Origin: Candidatus Bathyarchaeia archaeon
GTDB taxonomy: Archaea; Halobacteriota; Syntropharchaeia; Alkanophagales; Methanospirareceae
Reading direction: 5' to 3'
Assembly (NCBI GenBank): GCA_035529655.1
Contig: DATKWH010000105.1
Span: 1-21,218 of the forward strand
Length of the DNA: 21,218 bases
The notes under the pieces were generated by a model. It did no database searches and was not told the DNA's origin. It was given only the letters and a program-made list of their open reading frames with translations. Shown piece by piece: positions 6,919 to 16,190 of this stretch (its first letter is position 1; every line of letters starts with the position of its first letter). The translations under genes were made by a program, and so were the position numbers.

Positions 6919-8106
6919 TCAGAAGTCTGTCATCACCCGGTATTGGTCTATCTCTTCCTTCATCAACCTCAAATATCTCCTGGCCGTGCCTTCTACATCT
7001 CGTACGTTTGTTATTCCTCGTCCAACGATTAAAATATCCGCACCGCTTTTTATCGCTTCCGGTGCGTTCTCTTCCCGTATCCCGCCGGCAACCGCTACCA
7101 GTATCTTACCGCCTATTCGCTTTATCTCCTCTATGTTTCCCCAGGCATGTTTCGCCCCCAGTTCTTCCACGTCTATCGCACGATGCAGTTCCACTACGTC
7201 CGGCATCAACCCGCCTACGCTTAACTCACTCAGCAGGTCTATCGGACTTGCCACATTCAACATATCTAAGGCGGCGTAAATGCCTGTCTTCTTTGCCTCT
7301 TCTATCGCCTTCTCTATCGTTCTGAGAGGTGCTAACCCTGAGATCACCACGGCGTCAGCACCCGAATCCGCAACCATCCGCGCCTCCAAGTTGCCGGTAT
7401 CAAGCGTCTTCAAATCGGCAACCACGAACGTTTCAGGCTTTATCTCCTTTATCTTTCCTACTATATCCACGCCGTATCTCTTTATCAATGGCGTGCCGGC
7501 CTCTATAATAAGATGATCATTTCTCGGCAGCTCTCTCACCACTCGTTCCATCAGCTCCCACTTGGGAATGTCCAGAGCGACCTGCAGATACGGTGGGTCC
7601 CATAATTTTGTCACTTTCATGCCCAGTGAAGGATGCCTCGATCTGTCCTTCTCATATAATACTTTCTTAATATCCGGAAAACCTTCCATAGCCCTCTTTA
7701 TTGCTAACTTCGCAGATCCGTAATTGTACCGATAGATTTTATTATAATCCTCAGCTTGGGGATGCATGAACACACTTACGATAATCACATAATCCTCTGC
7801 CTTGTCTTCCGGTATAACTCCCTCCTCCACGGAATCGGCAACCGCTTTTGCTATTGCACTCTGCGCAGGTCCAAATATCTTCTCCGCATCCTTCATGTTT
7901 CGTACCGTAACCTTCGGCACAATTAACGTAGAAGGCTTAACCGGAAGATTTGGCCTTAACACCGCAAACAGCGGTGTATGCCCCGCGGACATTTGACTTA
8001 AGGCGTTCGTGAATGCCACACCTACAGGCCCGTATTTATCCCCGATTATCAAATCAATGTGTGCAACTTCAGATCCTTCCCCTATTAATGCTTCACCCAC
8101 GTACAT
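6919..8106 (-). CDS. fae-hps: Bifunctional formaldehyde-activating enzyme / 3-hexulose-6-phosphate synthase (Fae-Hps)
   Basis: 395 aa. The N-terminal Fae-like half begins [22 protein letters not shown]. The C-terminal OMP-decarboxylase-fold Hps half contains [18 protein letters not shown] and VAVAGGI. Confidence 0.9.
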   Translation of the reverse strand: MYVGEALIGEGSEVAHIDLIIGDKYGPVGVAFTNALSQMSAGHTPLFAVLRPNLPVKPSTLIVPKVTVRNMKDAEKIFGPAQSAIAKAVADSVEEGVIPEDKAEDYVIIVSVFMHPQAEDYNKIYRYNYGSAKLAIKRAMEGFPDIKKVLYEKDRSRHPSLGMKVTKLWDPPYLQVALDIPKWELMERVVRELPRNDHLIIEAGTPLIKRYGVDIVGKIKEIKPETFVVADLKTLDTGNLEARMVADSGADAVVISGLAPLRTIEKAIEEAKKTGIYAALDMLNVASPIDLLSELSVGGLMPDVVELHRAIDVEELGAKHAWGNIEEIKRIGGKILVAVAGGIREENAPEAIKSGADILIVGRGITNVRDVEGTARRYLRLMKEEIDQYRVMTDF

Positions 8107-8162
8107 CGTATCGTAACTCTCCTTTATTATCTGTGTTTAACCATATATAGATAGTAGTTGCT

Positions 8163-8525
8163 TTATATCTTATCCAATGCTTTCCTTACCTTAGGCAGCA
8201 GCTGATATTCAAGCTCTAACTGGTGAAAGCCGGGCCTTGCTCCCCCTTTCCTCGTCGCTCTACATATCCGGTGGTCACCGATTGGAAACCCGCGTGGTTT
8301 TGAAAAAATCCCATTCGGATCCATTTTTCTTACCGCATCCACTATTTCCCGTACTTTCTTCCCCTCGCCTTCTACCAATGCACCATAACATGTCTCTTTT
8401 ACCCTGATGCCTGCGTCTGCCATGCTTGCATCTTCGCTTATCATAGCCAAAAGCTTACTCTTCACCTGCCCGGGCGTTATCTCAGAATCCGGTGAGATTA
8501 AAATCACCCTCGTCTCTATTCCCAT
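8163..8525 (-). CDS. Small conserved archaeal hypothetical protein
   Basis: 120-aa ORF, same strand and 56 nt upstream of fae-hps, with non-repetitive composition. It may belong to one of the small methanogen-associated DUF families, but I cannot assign it from memory. Confidence 0.55.
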   Translation of the reverse strand: MGIETRVILISPDSEITPGQVKSKLLAMISEDASMADAGIRVKETCYGALVEGEGKKVREIVDAVRKMDPNGIFSKPRGFPIGDHRICRATRKGGARPGFHQLELEYQLLPKVRKALDKI

Positions 8526-8598
8526 CTTTGTTCCCCTTTTGTCTCCTTTTCATCTACTTTGAACTTGGCGAAGCGATTCTTCTTGCGAAGATATTTCA

Positions 8599-8673
8599 TG
8601 GGCCCGCGGAGATTTGAACTCCGGACCTCTCGGTTATCAGCCGAGCGCTCCAACCGTGCTAAGCTACGAGCCC
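8599..8673 (-). tRNA. tRNA-Ile: tRNA-Ile (anticodon GAU)
   Basis: 75-nt cloverleaf on the minus strand. Acceptor GGGCTCG/CGGGCCC (one G.U pair); anticodon stem CTCGG/CCGAG with loop CTGATAA; T arm CGGAG-TTCAAAT-CTCCG; discriminator A. TTTTATAA lies about 25 nt upstream. Confidence 0.93.
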
Positions 8674-8762
8674 TTTCTCTTTCCGCCCTTTTCTCTTATA
8701 AAATGTTATACTAACGGAACAATATAACTTTTATCTTTAAGATAACGTATCATTCTACTGTT

Positions 8763-9071
8763 GTGAGCAAGCAAAAGAAGATATATGTGAAGGAATATAA
8801 CTCATGCTCTGGGTTGCTGGTAGCAGTATGCGACAAGGAGTTGGTAGGGAAAAGTTTTGAAGAGGGCGGTCTTTATCTAAAAATCAGCGAAAGTTTTTAT
8901 AAAGGTGAAGAGGCAACTGAAGGAGAAGTAGTGGATTCTTTGAAGCATGCGACGATAGCGAATTTAGTAGGCAAACAGGCAATAAAATGTGCCTTAGACA
9001 ACGATTTTATTGAAGAAGCCAGTGTGATTTTTGTTGACGGTGTGCCGCATGCTCAGATAGTAAAATTATGA
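8763..9071 (+). CDS. DUF424-family archaeal protein
   Basis: 102 aa with a GTG start. LLVAVCDKELVGK ... FYKGEE ... ANLVGKQAI ... DGVPHAQIV matches my memory of the DUF424/COG2412 pattern. Confidence 0.65.
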   Translation: MSKQKKIYVKEYNSCSGLLVAVCDKELVGKSFEEGGLYLKISESFYKGEEATEGEVVDSLKHATIANLVGKQAIKCALDNDFIEEASVIFVDGVPHAQIVKL

Positions 9072-9094
9072 GAATTGAAGATTGGAAAGTGTGT

Positions 9095-10585
9095 TTATTC
9101 GCTCATCTCCTCTTTCATAACCGATAAGAATCGTTTTGATACCGCATCTTCGACGAGTTGTATAATTGTATCCTTATCCTTTAACCCTTTGAAGATACCA
9201 AGCGTTATCTGCGCAGCAGACATCGAAGCGTGTCCACCGGCGGAACCTAAGTCCCCAAATGCGCGGACAAACGCATCTCCTATATTCACCCGTATATCCT
9301 TACTCCTCCCTGAAACGCATATCATATCTTCGACCAATCCTATCACTACGACGGTTGATATCCCTTCCAGATTGAGCAAATAATCTGCTGCCTGTGGAAT
9401 AGCATCCAGATTCGCCACTTCTCCTACATTCGTGATTAAATAGCTGCCTTTTATCTTCTTGTGCAGTATCGCATTACCTACGACGTTCAGCATCTCTGTG
9501 GACATCGGCGGCGTTTCTATCTGCTCCAAGAGGTCTTTATCCGCCTTTAAGTGAAGGAAAGCGGCGGCGTAAAAATCCGATGGATGTGTCTCACGCTTAA
9601 AGCCACCGGTATCTGTTCTTATTCCATGCAAAAGAGCGGTCGCTAACACTTTATCCACGGGTATACCCAATTCCTGCAGATATCTCGTCATTATCGTTGA
9701 CGTTGCACCGTTATCCGGATGAACCTCAAGAAAATCAGCAGCGACTTTATCTTTATTATTCGCTGTATGATGGTCTATGATGATGTTCACCTTACCTTCC
9801 GGGGGTGGAGACAAAGGATTGTGCACACCAGGAACAGTGGCATCTACAAGTGCCAGCTTACCATATCCCTTCAAATCATCCGCGTGCGCTATTTGTATCA
9901 TCTCTATTCCTAAGATGTTTACAAAAGCGCGATTCACATGGTGTCCTATCTCTCCCCGGTACAATATATCCGCAGATACACCCATGTGCTTTGCTATTTG
10001 CCTTAGTGCAAGAGCCGAAGCAATTGCATCGGGATCAGGACTGTCGTGAACCACAATACCTAACTTCCCCTCCTCCTTCTCTTTCAACTCTTCTATCATC
10101 GTGGCCAATTCTTTCGCTTTCTGCAGAGACTTCACGCTTTCCAGCTGCTCTATCGCGCTTCTTGCGGTTATATCAGGGATTGTCAAAACCACGTCAACGC
10201 CTAACCCCTTTAAGTCTTCTTTATCTTCGGGGTCTATTGCTCGCACTACTAAACGAGCATGTGGTATCTGCTCTTTTATATTGTTCACCGCTTTTTTGTT
10301 TCCTTCGCTGTTGTTACTCACGATAAAAAACACTTCTGGCGTACCCTCGCTTACGACTTTACTCGTCACTTCAGGGTCGCTTATGTCACCGACGAACGCA
10401 ATGAACTCCTCTTCCTTTAGTAATTCTACCTTCTTCTCATCTATGTCCACGATGAGAACGTCCAACCCCTGCCCTCTCAACTCCTTTGCTACCGCATAAC
10501 CAATTCTTCCACAACCAAAGATTACTTGCAGCGCCCTACCCTTCCCTTTCGTCTTGCGCGTGGGGTTACTTTCTTCAGTGGTCAT
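9095..10585 (-). CDS. TrkA-N (NAD-binding Rossmann) domain fused to a DHH/DHHA1 phosphoesterase (NrnA-like)
   Basis: 496 aa. N-terminal GCGRIGYAVAKEL...VLIVDID Rossmann motif. DHH motifs HDSPDPDAIAS, LVDAT, IIIDHH, GIRTDTGGF. DHHA1 motif GSAGGHASMSAA. Confidence 0.85.
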   Translation of the reverse strand: MTTEESNPTRKTKGKGRALQVIFGCGRIGYAVAKELRGQGLDVLIVDIDEKKVELLKEEEFIAFVGDISDPEVTSKVVSEGTPEVFFIVSNNSEGNKKAVNNIKEQIPHARLVVRAIDPEDKEDLKGLGVDVVLTIPDITARSAIEQLESVKSLQKAKELATMIEELKEKEEGKLGIVVHDSPDPDAIASALALRQIAKHMGVSADILYRGEIGHHVNRAFVNILGIEMIQIAHADDLKGYGKLALVDATVPGVHNPLSPPPEGKVNIIIDHHTANNKDKVAADFLEVHPDNGATSTIMTRYLQELGIPVDKVLATALLHGIRTDTGGFKRETHPSDFYAAAFLHLKADKDLLEQIETPPMSTEMLNVVGNAILHKKIKGSYLITNVGEVANLDAIPQAADYLLNLEGISTVVVIGLVEDMICVSGRSKDIRVNIGDAFVRAFGDLGSAGGHASMSAAQITLGIFKGLKDKDTIIQLVEDAVSKRFLSVMKEEMSE

Positions 10586-10759
10586 CTATATTACATATCA
10601 TCTTTGTAACAAGATAGTTTTAATATATTCCTTAAAAACATTTACGGGAATTTTGAAATAAACTGTAGATGCGCGTACAAATCCCGCATAAAGGTTGTAT
10701 CTGTACTGGATTGGGGAGCGTTTCGCCCGATCGTGAGTGTAGGGGTATGTGCGATAACA

Positions 10760-10900
10760 AGAGCGAACGAGGCGGCAGGCCAAAAATCGATGAGATGGTT
10801 GGTAATGGTCAAGCTGCGCGTGCTCCAGCAGTGGCACGGGCTTTCCGATCAGGAACACGAAGGTTTTGAGTATGTCGGCATTTTTGATTGGTGTGTTTTG
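10760..10900 (+). mobile_element. IS5-like transposase N-terminal (DUF772-type) fragment, frameshifted and truncated
   Basis: GRPKIDEM in one frame continues after a 1-nt shift as LVMVKLRVLQQWHGLSDQEHE, the GRP...M.K.L.LQQW..LSD..E signature of IS5-family transposase N-termini. No DDE domain follows. Confidence 0.5.
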
Positions 10901-11082
10901 GATCCCCCGCCCCCGTTGTTACTGATGAATGGGTTGATCTGCATATGGGATAGTTCTTGAAATGGGAAGGGGTTAGAATAACTGAACCCCCTTTATTCTC
11001 AAAATCAGAGGGAGCCCCTCATAATGAGTACATGAAATGTAGAGGGCGGATATTATTTCGTCGAGCCATGTCTTCAGAGGGC

Positions 11083-11340
11083 ATGGTAAAACTGACGAAC
11101 GAGGACATCAAATGGATGGTCAAGCGTGTAAGTTCAGGGAATTTCACAGTAAAGCAAAGCAAGCATCACTGATTTACGGAGTAACGGAGCACAGAGTTCA
11201 GCAATTGGTCAAAATGTATCGTGATACCGTACCGTAGAGGTTCCAACGTTAAATCCAAAAAGAAGGCCGAAGACGCATCTCAGCGCTGAACAGAAGGCAG
11301 TCATTGACGATGTCTGGGAAGAAACGCGAGTTGGCGCACG
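11083..11340 (+). mobile_element. N-terminal HTH part of an rve/DDE-type (IS481/IS3-like) transposase, multiply frameshifted and truncated
   Basis: The segments MVKLTNEDIKWMVKR, LIYGVTEHRVQQLVKMYRDT and VPTLNPKRRPKTHLSAEQKAVIDDVWEETRVGAR lie in three different frames. This resembles the HTH plus basic linker that precedes integrase-core domains. No catalytic domain is present. Confidence 0.42.
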
Positions 11341-12286
11341 ATCCCGCGGATCCCATGGACTACGGCATATACTTCGATTACGACGATCTCTGCTACGGCA
11401 ACTATGACAACAGTACTACCCTAGTCGGCGATGTCACCGTCACCAACAACCGGTTCTTGCAGTACGACGCCGCCTACATCTACTATAACGACATTGGCTA
11501 TTACCTCGATGACTACTCAACACTGGAAGTTGGAGACCTGATAATTGCCATAATGTGATAGACGGCGTCGACGATGGCGACGGTATCGATGTTGAATACT
11601 GGGATGTCAAAAGTTATGACAATAGCACGGTAACAATGGGTAGTATCCTGGACATCATCGGGAATGAGATCAGCAATGTGGATGACGATGGCATAGATGT
11701 TGATTATTGTCCATACGCTGGAGATGACTCCACCATAACCATCGGCCGGGCTCTGATACAGACAGGGCAATACCATAGACGGATGTAGGGAAGCGGGCAT
11801 AGTATGTATATGGATATCTACAACGACACTGGTGCTGTGGTGAATCTGGGGAATCCAGTGATAAATAATAATGCCATACAGAACTGCGGAGACAATATTG
11901 AGTTCGAGGACGTTGAATATGCCACTATCACCAGAGACATGATTGTGAACAACGTGGGAAAGACAGGAGTGCATTTAGACTCGGGTTCCAATTATACCGA
12001 GATACATACAAATTGTTTCTATAACAATACACCGCAAGCAATGGATAACGGGACAGGTAATAACTGGGATGGCAACTATTGGTCTGATTATATTGGATCG
12101 GGACCGTACTCAATTGAAGGCACCGCGAATAATACAGACAACGATCCATTGGACGAGTGTCCACTGGGAGAAGGACCACCAACGCCAGCACAAGTGCCCG
12201 CACTAACGCCAGTCGGATTAATAGCATTGATAGGATTGCTTTCGGCAATCGCTGCACTGAGCGTAAACCTACGAAAGAGGCTATAA
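11304..12286 (+). pseudogene. 5'-truncated, frameshifted gene for a right-handed beta-helix (PbH1/NosD-like) surface protein with a VPxxxP-type C-terminal sorting signal
   Basis: Repeats such as NVIDGVDDGDGIDVEY, IIGNEISNVDDDGIDVDY, NTIDGCREAGI and INNNAIQNCGDNIEFEDV are spread over at least 3 frames (ORFs 11304-11558, 11555-11788, 11804-12286). The tail reads NNWDGNYWSDY...DNDPL, a Pro-rich linker, then QVPALTPVGLIALIGLLSAIAALSVNLRKRL. Confidence 0.6.
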
Positions 12287-12392
12287 CCTCTTTCACTCTT
12301 TTTTTTCTTTAGCTCGCTCTTCAATATTTTTAAAGAGCACCAGCCATATAGTTCGCAACCTATTCATGGTAAAGATACTGAAATAAGTAACT

Positions 12393-13664
12393 ATGACAAT
12401 TCTGATAACGAACGTGTTAGTGAACGGAAAGGAGAAGAACATTTACATCGAGGGGAATGAGATAGCAGCGATTAGCGAAGCAGGTAGTAGTAAAGAAGCG
12501 GAATTTGTAGTTGACGGTAAAAGAAAAGCAGCGATCCCTGGTCTGTTCAATGGGCATACACATGCGGCAATGACCTTACTCCGCGGCTATGCAGATGATA
12601 TGCCGCTTTATAAATGGCTCTCGACGAAGATATGGCCGTTAGAAGCGCGGATTACGGAAGAGGACGTTTATTGGGGTACGAAACTTGCGTGCTTGGAGAT
12701 GATCAAATCGGGCACAACCTTTTTTAACGATATGTATTGGTACTGGAGGGGCAGTACGAGAGCGGTCGCGGAGAGTGGAATACGTGCGATGTTATCCGCG
12801 GTTTTTATTGACTGCTTTGACGAGGAAAAGGCAAAAGAGCAGATAAAGAGGAATGAGGGGTTATACGAGGAAAGCAAAAAACTACCGGAAAGGATTATTT
12901 TTGCGCTTGGACCTCATGCGCTTTACACAGTCTCGAAAGAAAGCCTCTGCTGGGCACGGGATTTTTCAGAGAAACATGACCTTCTGGTTCATATCCATTT
13001 ATCGGAGACCGAAGAGGAAGTAGAAGAGTGCAAAAATAGGTACGGAGTGCGACCTGTGGAATTTCTGGATGGGGTCGGATTTTTAAGTTCGAGGACAATT
13101 GCCTGCCATTGCATTCATCTGAGCAGAAAAGAGATGGAGTTGTTGAGGAAGAACGATGTGAAGATCGTGCATAATCCTGCATCGAATATGAAGTTAGCCG
13201 CGGGACGGATGCCGTACGAGGAGCTGAAAGCGGCGGGCTTATATTCAAATATTGCACTTGGAACCGATGGCTGTGCTTCTAACAACAACCTTGACCTGAT
13301 TGAGGAGATGAAGGTAGCTTCTTTGTTTCATAAGGCGTTCTCCGGCGACCCGACGAGCATGCCAGCACACGAAGCTTTTGAACTTGCAACACGTAACGCA
13401 GCAAAAGTGTTCAGGTTGAATTCTGGTGTAATCGCAGAAGGGAAGCTGGCTGATATTGCACTGCTGGACTTGACTAAGGTGGAACTTGTGCCTAACCATA
13501 ATTTAACCTCGAATATTGTTTATTCTGCAAATGGGAGTTGCGTTGATACGGTAATATGCGATGGCAAGATTTTAATGGAAGCACGGAAAGTAAAGGGCGA
13601 GGAGGAGATAAAGGAGAAGGCACAAGAGGTTGCTTATGAGCTTGTGAACAGAAAAAGTCCTTGA
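12393..13664 (+). CDS. mtaD: Amidohydrolase, 5'-methylthioadenosine / S-adenosylhomocysteine deaminase-like (MtaD/DadD)
   Basis: 423 aa with PGLFNGHTHAAMTLLRGYADDMPLYKWL, HLSET and GTDGCASNN metal-binding motifs typical of this deaminase subfamily. Confidence 0.82.
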   Translation: MTILITNVLVNGKEKNIYIEGNEIAAISEAGSSKEAEFVVDGKRKAAIPGLFNGHTHAAMTLLRGYADDMPLYKWLSTKIWPLEARITEEDVYWGTKLACLEMIKSGTTFFNDMYWYWRGSTRAVAESGIRAMLSAVFIDCFDEEKAKEQIKRNEGLYEESKKLPERIIFALGPHALYTVSKESLCWARDFSEKHDLLVHIHLSETEEEVEECKNRYGVRPVEFLDGVGFLSSRTIACHCIHLSRKEMELLRKNDVKIVHNPASNMKLAAGRMPYEELKAAGLYSNIALGTDGCASNNNLDLIEEMKVASLFHKAFSGDPTSMPAHEAFELATRNAAKVFRLNSGVIAEGKLADIALLDLTKVELVPNHNLTSNIVYSANGSCVDTVICDGKILMEARKVKGEEEIKEKAQEVAYELVNRKSP

Positions 13665-13735
13665 TTGAGTTCGATTGAGATTTTTTAGTTTAATTCTCAA
13701 GAAGTAATTCTTCAAAATATTATGTGCAGCTTACA

Positions 13736-14314
13736 ATGAGGCAATTCATCCTGTATGCGAAAAAAGCGTCAACAAGTCCTGATTTCTCGCTGGACGACCT
13801 ACCGGGTAGTGGTGGTAGAATGGACCTTGTTGCACGATGTATTTGTAACGCGCTCTGGATAAGTCATGCGTTGAGACGGGACTCTTGCATTCATGTAGTC
13901 GCGTGCGGTAGCCCTAACCCACCGATTGTTATCTCCTTTTATGGCGACACGCTGCGGGGTGTATCTCCAGATGAGCGGAATATAGCGGCATGGATAAAGA
14001 AAGCGTTGTCGAGGAAGAGGAAGAATCCTGGGATAATAATACGCAAAATCAGTTTTCAGCAGTTAATCGAGGAGTTAGCATCAGAAGGAACGATCTTTTA
14101 CATATTAGATGAGAAAGGCACAGATATGGCACATCTAAAGAAGCTAAAAGAGGCTTCTGTATTTGTACTCGGAGACCACTTAGGTCTGCCGGAGAAAGAA
14201 GAGAAGTTTGTTGAGCGATTTGAACACGAGAAGATATCGCTTGGCACTACCTCTTATCTCGCCTCACAATGCATAACCGTGCTGCATTATGAGCTGGATA
14301 AAAATAAAATATAA
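13736..14314 (+). CDS. trmY: tRNA (pseudouridine54-N1)-methyltransferase TrmY (SPOUT, DUF358)
   Basis: MRQFILYAKKASTSPDFSLDDLPGSGGRMDLVARCICNALWISHALRRD matches the TrmY N-terminal pattern. I prefer the ATG at 13736 over the GTG at 13724 used by the ORF track. Confidence 0.78.
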   Translation: MRQFILYAKKASTSPDFSLDDLPGSGGRMDLVARCICNALWISHALRRDSCIHVVACGSPNPPIVISFYGDTLRGVSPDERNIAAWIKKALSRKRKNPGIIIRKISFQQLIEELASEGTIFYILDEKGTDMAHLKKLKEASVFVLGDHLGLPEKEEKFVERFEHEKISLGTTSYLASQCITVLHYELDKNKI

Positions 14315-14318
14315 AAAT

Positions 14319-14393
14319 TGCTCCGGTCGGGATTTGAACCCGAGTCCTTGGCTCGAAAGGCCGAGATGATTGGCCGAGCTACACTACCGGAGC
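14319..14393 (-). tRNA. tRNA-Glu: tRNA-Glu (anticodon UUC)
   Basis: 75-nt cloverleaf. Acceptor GCTCCGG/CCGGAGC; D arm GTGT...TCAT as in archaeal tRNA-Glu; anticodon loop CTTTCGA; T arm TCGGG-TTCAAAT-CCCGA. One C.A mismatch in the anticodon stem (TCGGC/GCCAA). Confidence 0.88.
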
Positions 14394-14495
14394 ATAAGTT
14401 CCTTAGTAAAGGAAGTGAGTTATAGGAACTTAAAAAATTGTTCCTTTGCTTTGAAAAAGTGTTCTTTAAAAAGAAAGACTGGGAAAAGGCTTGTT

Positions 14496-14840
14496 TTAGC
14501 CGAATAGCGCAGAGAGCCCTTCCATACCCTTTTCTTCTGCTTCCTCTTCCTCTTCTTCTGTCTTCTCTTCCTTTCCTTTCTTTTCTGTCTCTGCTGTTTC
14601 TGGAGCGGGAGCCGGTGCTTGTGCCGGAGCCGCTGCTGGCGCCATTGCCGCAGGGGCATAAGCAGGCTGTGCTTGTGCCATCGCTTCGTCTATATCCACA
14701 TCGCTCAATGCGGATATCAGTGCTTTCACCTTGCCCTTATCTGCCTTTACACCTGCGGCCTTCATTATCTTGGTTATTCCATCCTCTGTAATCTCTTCAT
14801 CGGCGTTATGCAAGAGCAATGCAGCGTATATATATTCCAT
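14496..14840 (-). CDS. rpl12: Large-subunit ribosomal stalk protein P1 (L12e)
   Basis: 114 aa: MEYIYAALLLHNA..., an Ala/Pro hinge, an acidic EEEEEEAEE stretch, and the conserved C-terminal GLSALFG. AAGGAGGT RBS upstream. Confidence 0.92.
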   Translation of the reverse strand: MEYIYAALLLHNADEEITEDGITKIMKAAGVKADKGKVKALISALSDVDIDEAMAQAQPAYAPAAMAPAAAPAQAPAPAPETAETEKKGKEEKTEEEEEEAEEKGMEGLSALFG

Positions 14841-14951
14841 CTCTACGTTTACCTCCTTATCTTCATTTACACCTTTCTTCTATACTCTAACTTTACCTGT
14901 ATTAAATATAAGATAAATTACTCATTGGTATTTCTACAAAAACCAGAAGCT

Positions 14952-16190
14952 ATGAAACTCACAATAGTAATCCCTTCATATTGGGGAAGAGAAAGCGAAG
15001 TTGGCGGGAAGGAAGGAGACGCCATCTATGACCACCCAACACCTTTAGACAGTGAAGGCACTTTACTCAGGGCAATACAGAGCATAGAGCAGCTGGAGGA
15101 CAAAGATTTTCAACTGGTGATAATTGCGGTCGCTACGGCAGAGGATATCAAACCAAAAGTTGAGAAAAAGGTTGCCCGTATCATCAAGTCTGCCAACCCG
15201 GGAGTAGAAGTACTGTTGTTTGGACAATCGCATCTTACGCAGATACATGAGCTATTGCGTCGTGAGGACGAAAAAGCGGAAGAGCATATAAACCTTCTCC
15301 AACTTCGAGGGTATTCCAACGTTCGAAATCTCTGCATGTTCATTCCGCATGTTCTGGATTCAGAAGTCGCAGTGCTTATTGACGATGATGAAGTCTTTGA
15401 AGACCGGGAATTCATGACGAAAGCCAGAGAATTTATTGGAAGGGAAATTGGTGGAATAACCATCAACGCAGTGGCGGGCTACTATCTTCAGCCGGATGGC
15501 GACTACCACGTTACAAAACCATATCGTCCCTGGATGAAATACTGGGATCAATATGGGAGGATGAATGAAGCATTTGGTAAGGTTATTGGCACTGAACCGA
15601 GGTTGAAAGCGACACCTTTTGTTTTCGGTGGAAATATGGTTATCCATCGCAATCTCTTTACAGTCGTTCCTTTTGACCAGAATGTCCGGAGAGGCGAGGA
15701 TATAGACTTTTTGATAAATGCGAGGATGCTTGGTTTTCACTTTTTCTTGGATAATCAACTTTCCATCAAGCACCTTCCACCATCAAAGACGCATCCCACA
15801 TGGATGCAGTTGCGAGAAGACATCTATCGTTTTATCTATGAGCGAGCGAAGATCGAAACGCAAAATGCGGTGGAAGGAATGACAAAAGTCAATCCAGAGG
15901 ATTTTGATCCATATCCGGGGTGTTTTCTGAAAGCGGATCTAGAAGAGAAGATTGAGCAGGCTTGCAAACTGTTATCTGAAGATTATCTCGCTCAAGGCGA
16001 TAGAAAAGGCAGTGAAGAAGCGTTAAACAATATCCCCCTTGCCAGAACGGAGGCCCTACCAAAATTCAACCCTTTTCAAAAGTTATGCGAACTGCAAAAA
16101 CAGTGGCAGGAATTGATGCGGTTTACAGACCAAGAAGATATTCGTTCACGGATAAGAGATATTATCTGTAACGGGGTACAAGGAATATGA
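14952..16190 (+). CDS. GT-A-fold glycosyltransferase-like protein (DxD motif), specific family not recognised
   Basis: 412 aa beginning at the ATG at 14952 (MKLTIVIPSYWGR...). LIDDDEVF is a DxD-like motif and RGEDIDF is a second acidic motif. The ORF-track start at 14619 would overlap the P1 gene on the opposite strand. Stop overlaps the next gene's start (ATGA). Confidence 0.65.
   Translation: MKLTIVIPSYWGRESEVGGKEGDAIYDHPTPLDSEGTLLRAIQSIEQLEDKDFQLVIIAVATAEDIKPKVEKKVARIIKSANPGVEVLLFGQSHLTQIHELLRREDEKAEEHINLLQLRGYSNVRNLCMFIPHVLDSEVAVLIDDDEVFEDREFMTKAREFIGREIGGITINAVAGYYLQPDGDYHVTKPYRPWMKYWDQYGRMNEAFGKVIGTEPRLKATPFVFGGNMVIHRNLFTVVPFDQNVRRGEDIDFLINARMLGFHFFLDNQLSIKHLPPSKTHPTWMQLREDIYRFIYERAKIETQNAVEGMTKVNPEDFDPYPGCFLKADLEEKIEQACKLLSEDYLAQGDRKGSEEALNNIPLARTEALPKFNPFQKLCELQKQWQELMRFTDQEDIRSRIRDIICNGVQGI

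Noticed and set aside
11786-11788. In-frame TAG between two beta-helix ORFs as a second recoding candidate
   Set aside because: The repeat pattern shows the true frame changes just before this point (NTIDGCREAGI is in another frame). The TAG is therefore in a non-native frame of a decayed gene.
14420-14659. 79-aa Lys/Arg/Gln-rich minus-strand ORF and the 117-aa plus-strand ORF at 14438-14791
   Set aside because: Both are alternative-frame or antisense readings of the GAA/GAG-rich acidic tail and Ala/Pro hinge of the P1 gene.
14619-14951. 111-codon N-terminal extension of the GT-A-like ORF given by the ORF track
   Set aside because: It overlaps the ribosomal P1 gene on the other strand and the shared promoter region. 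The composition is shadow-like, and the family-typical start (MKLTIVIPSY) is at 14952.
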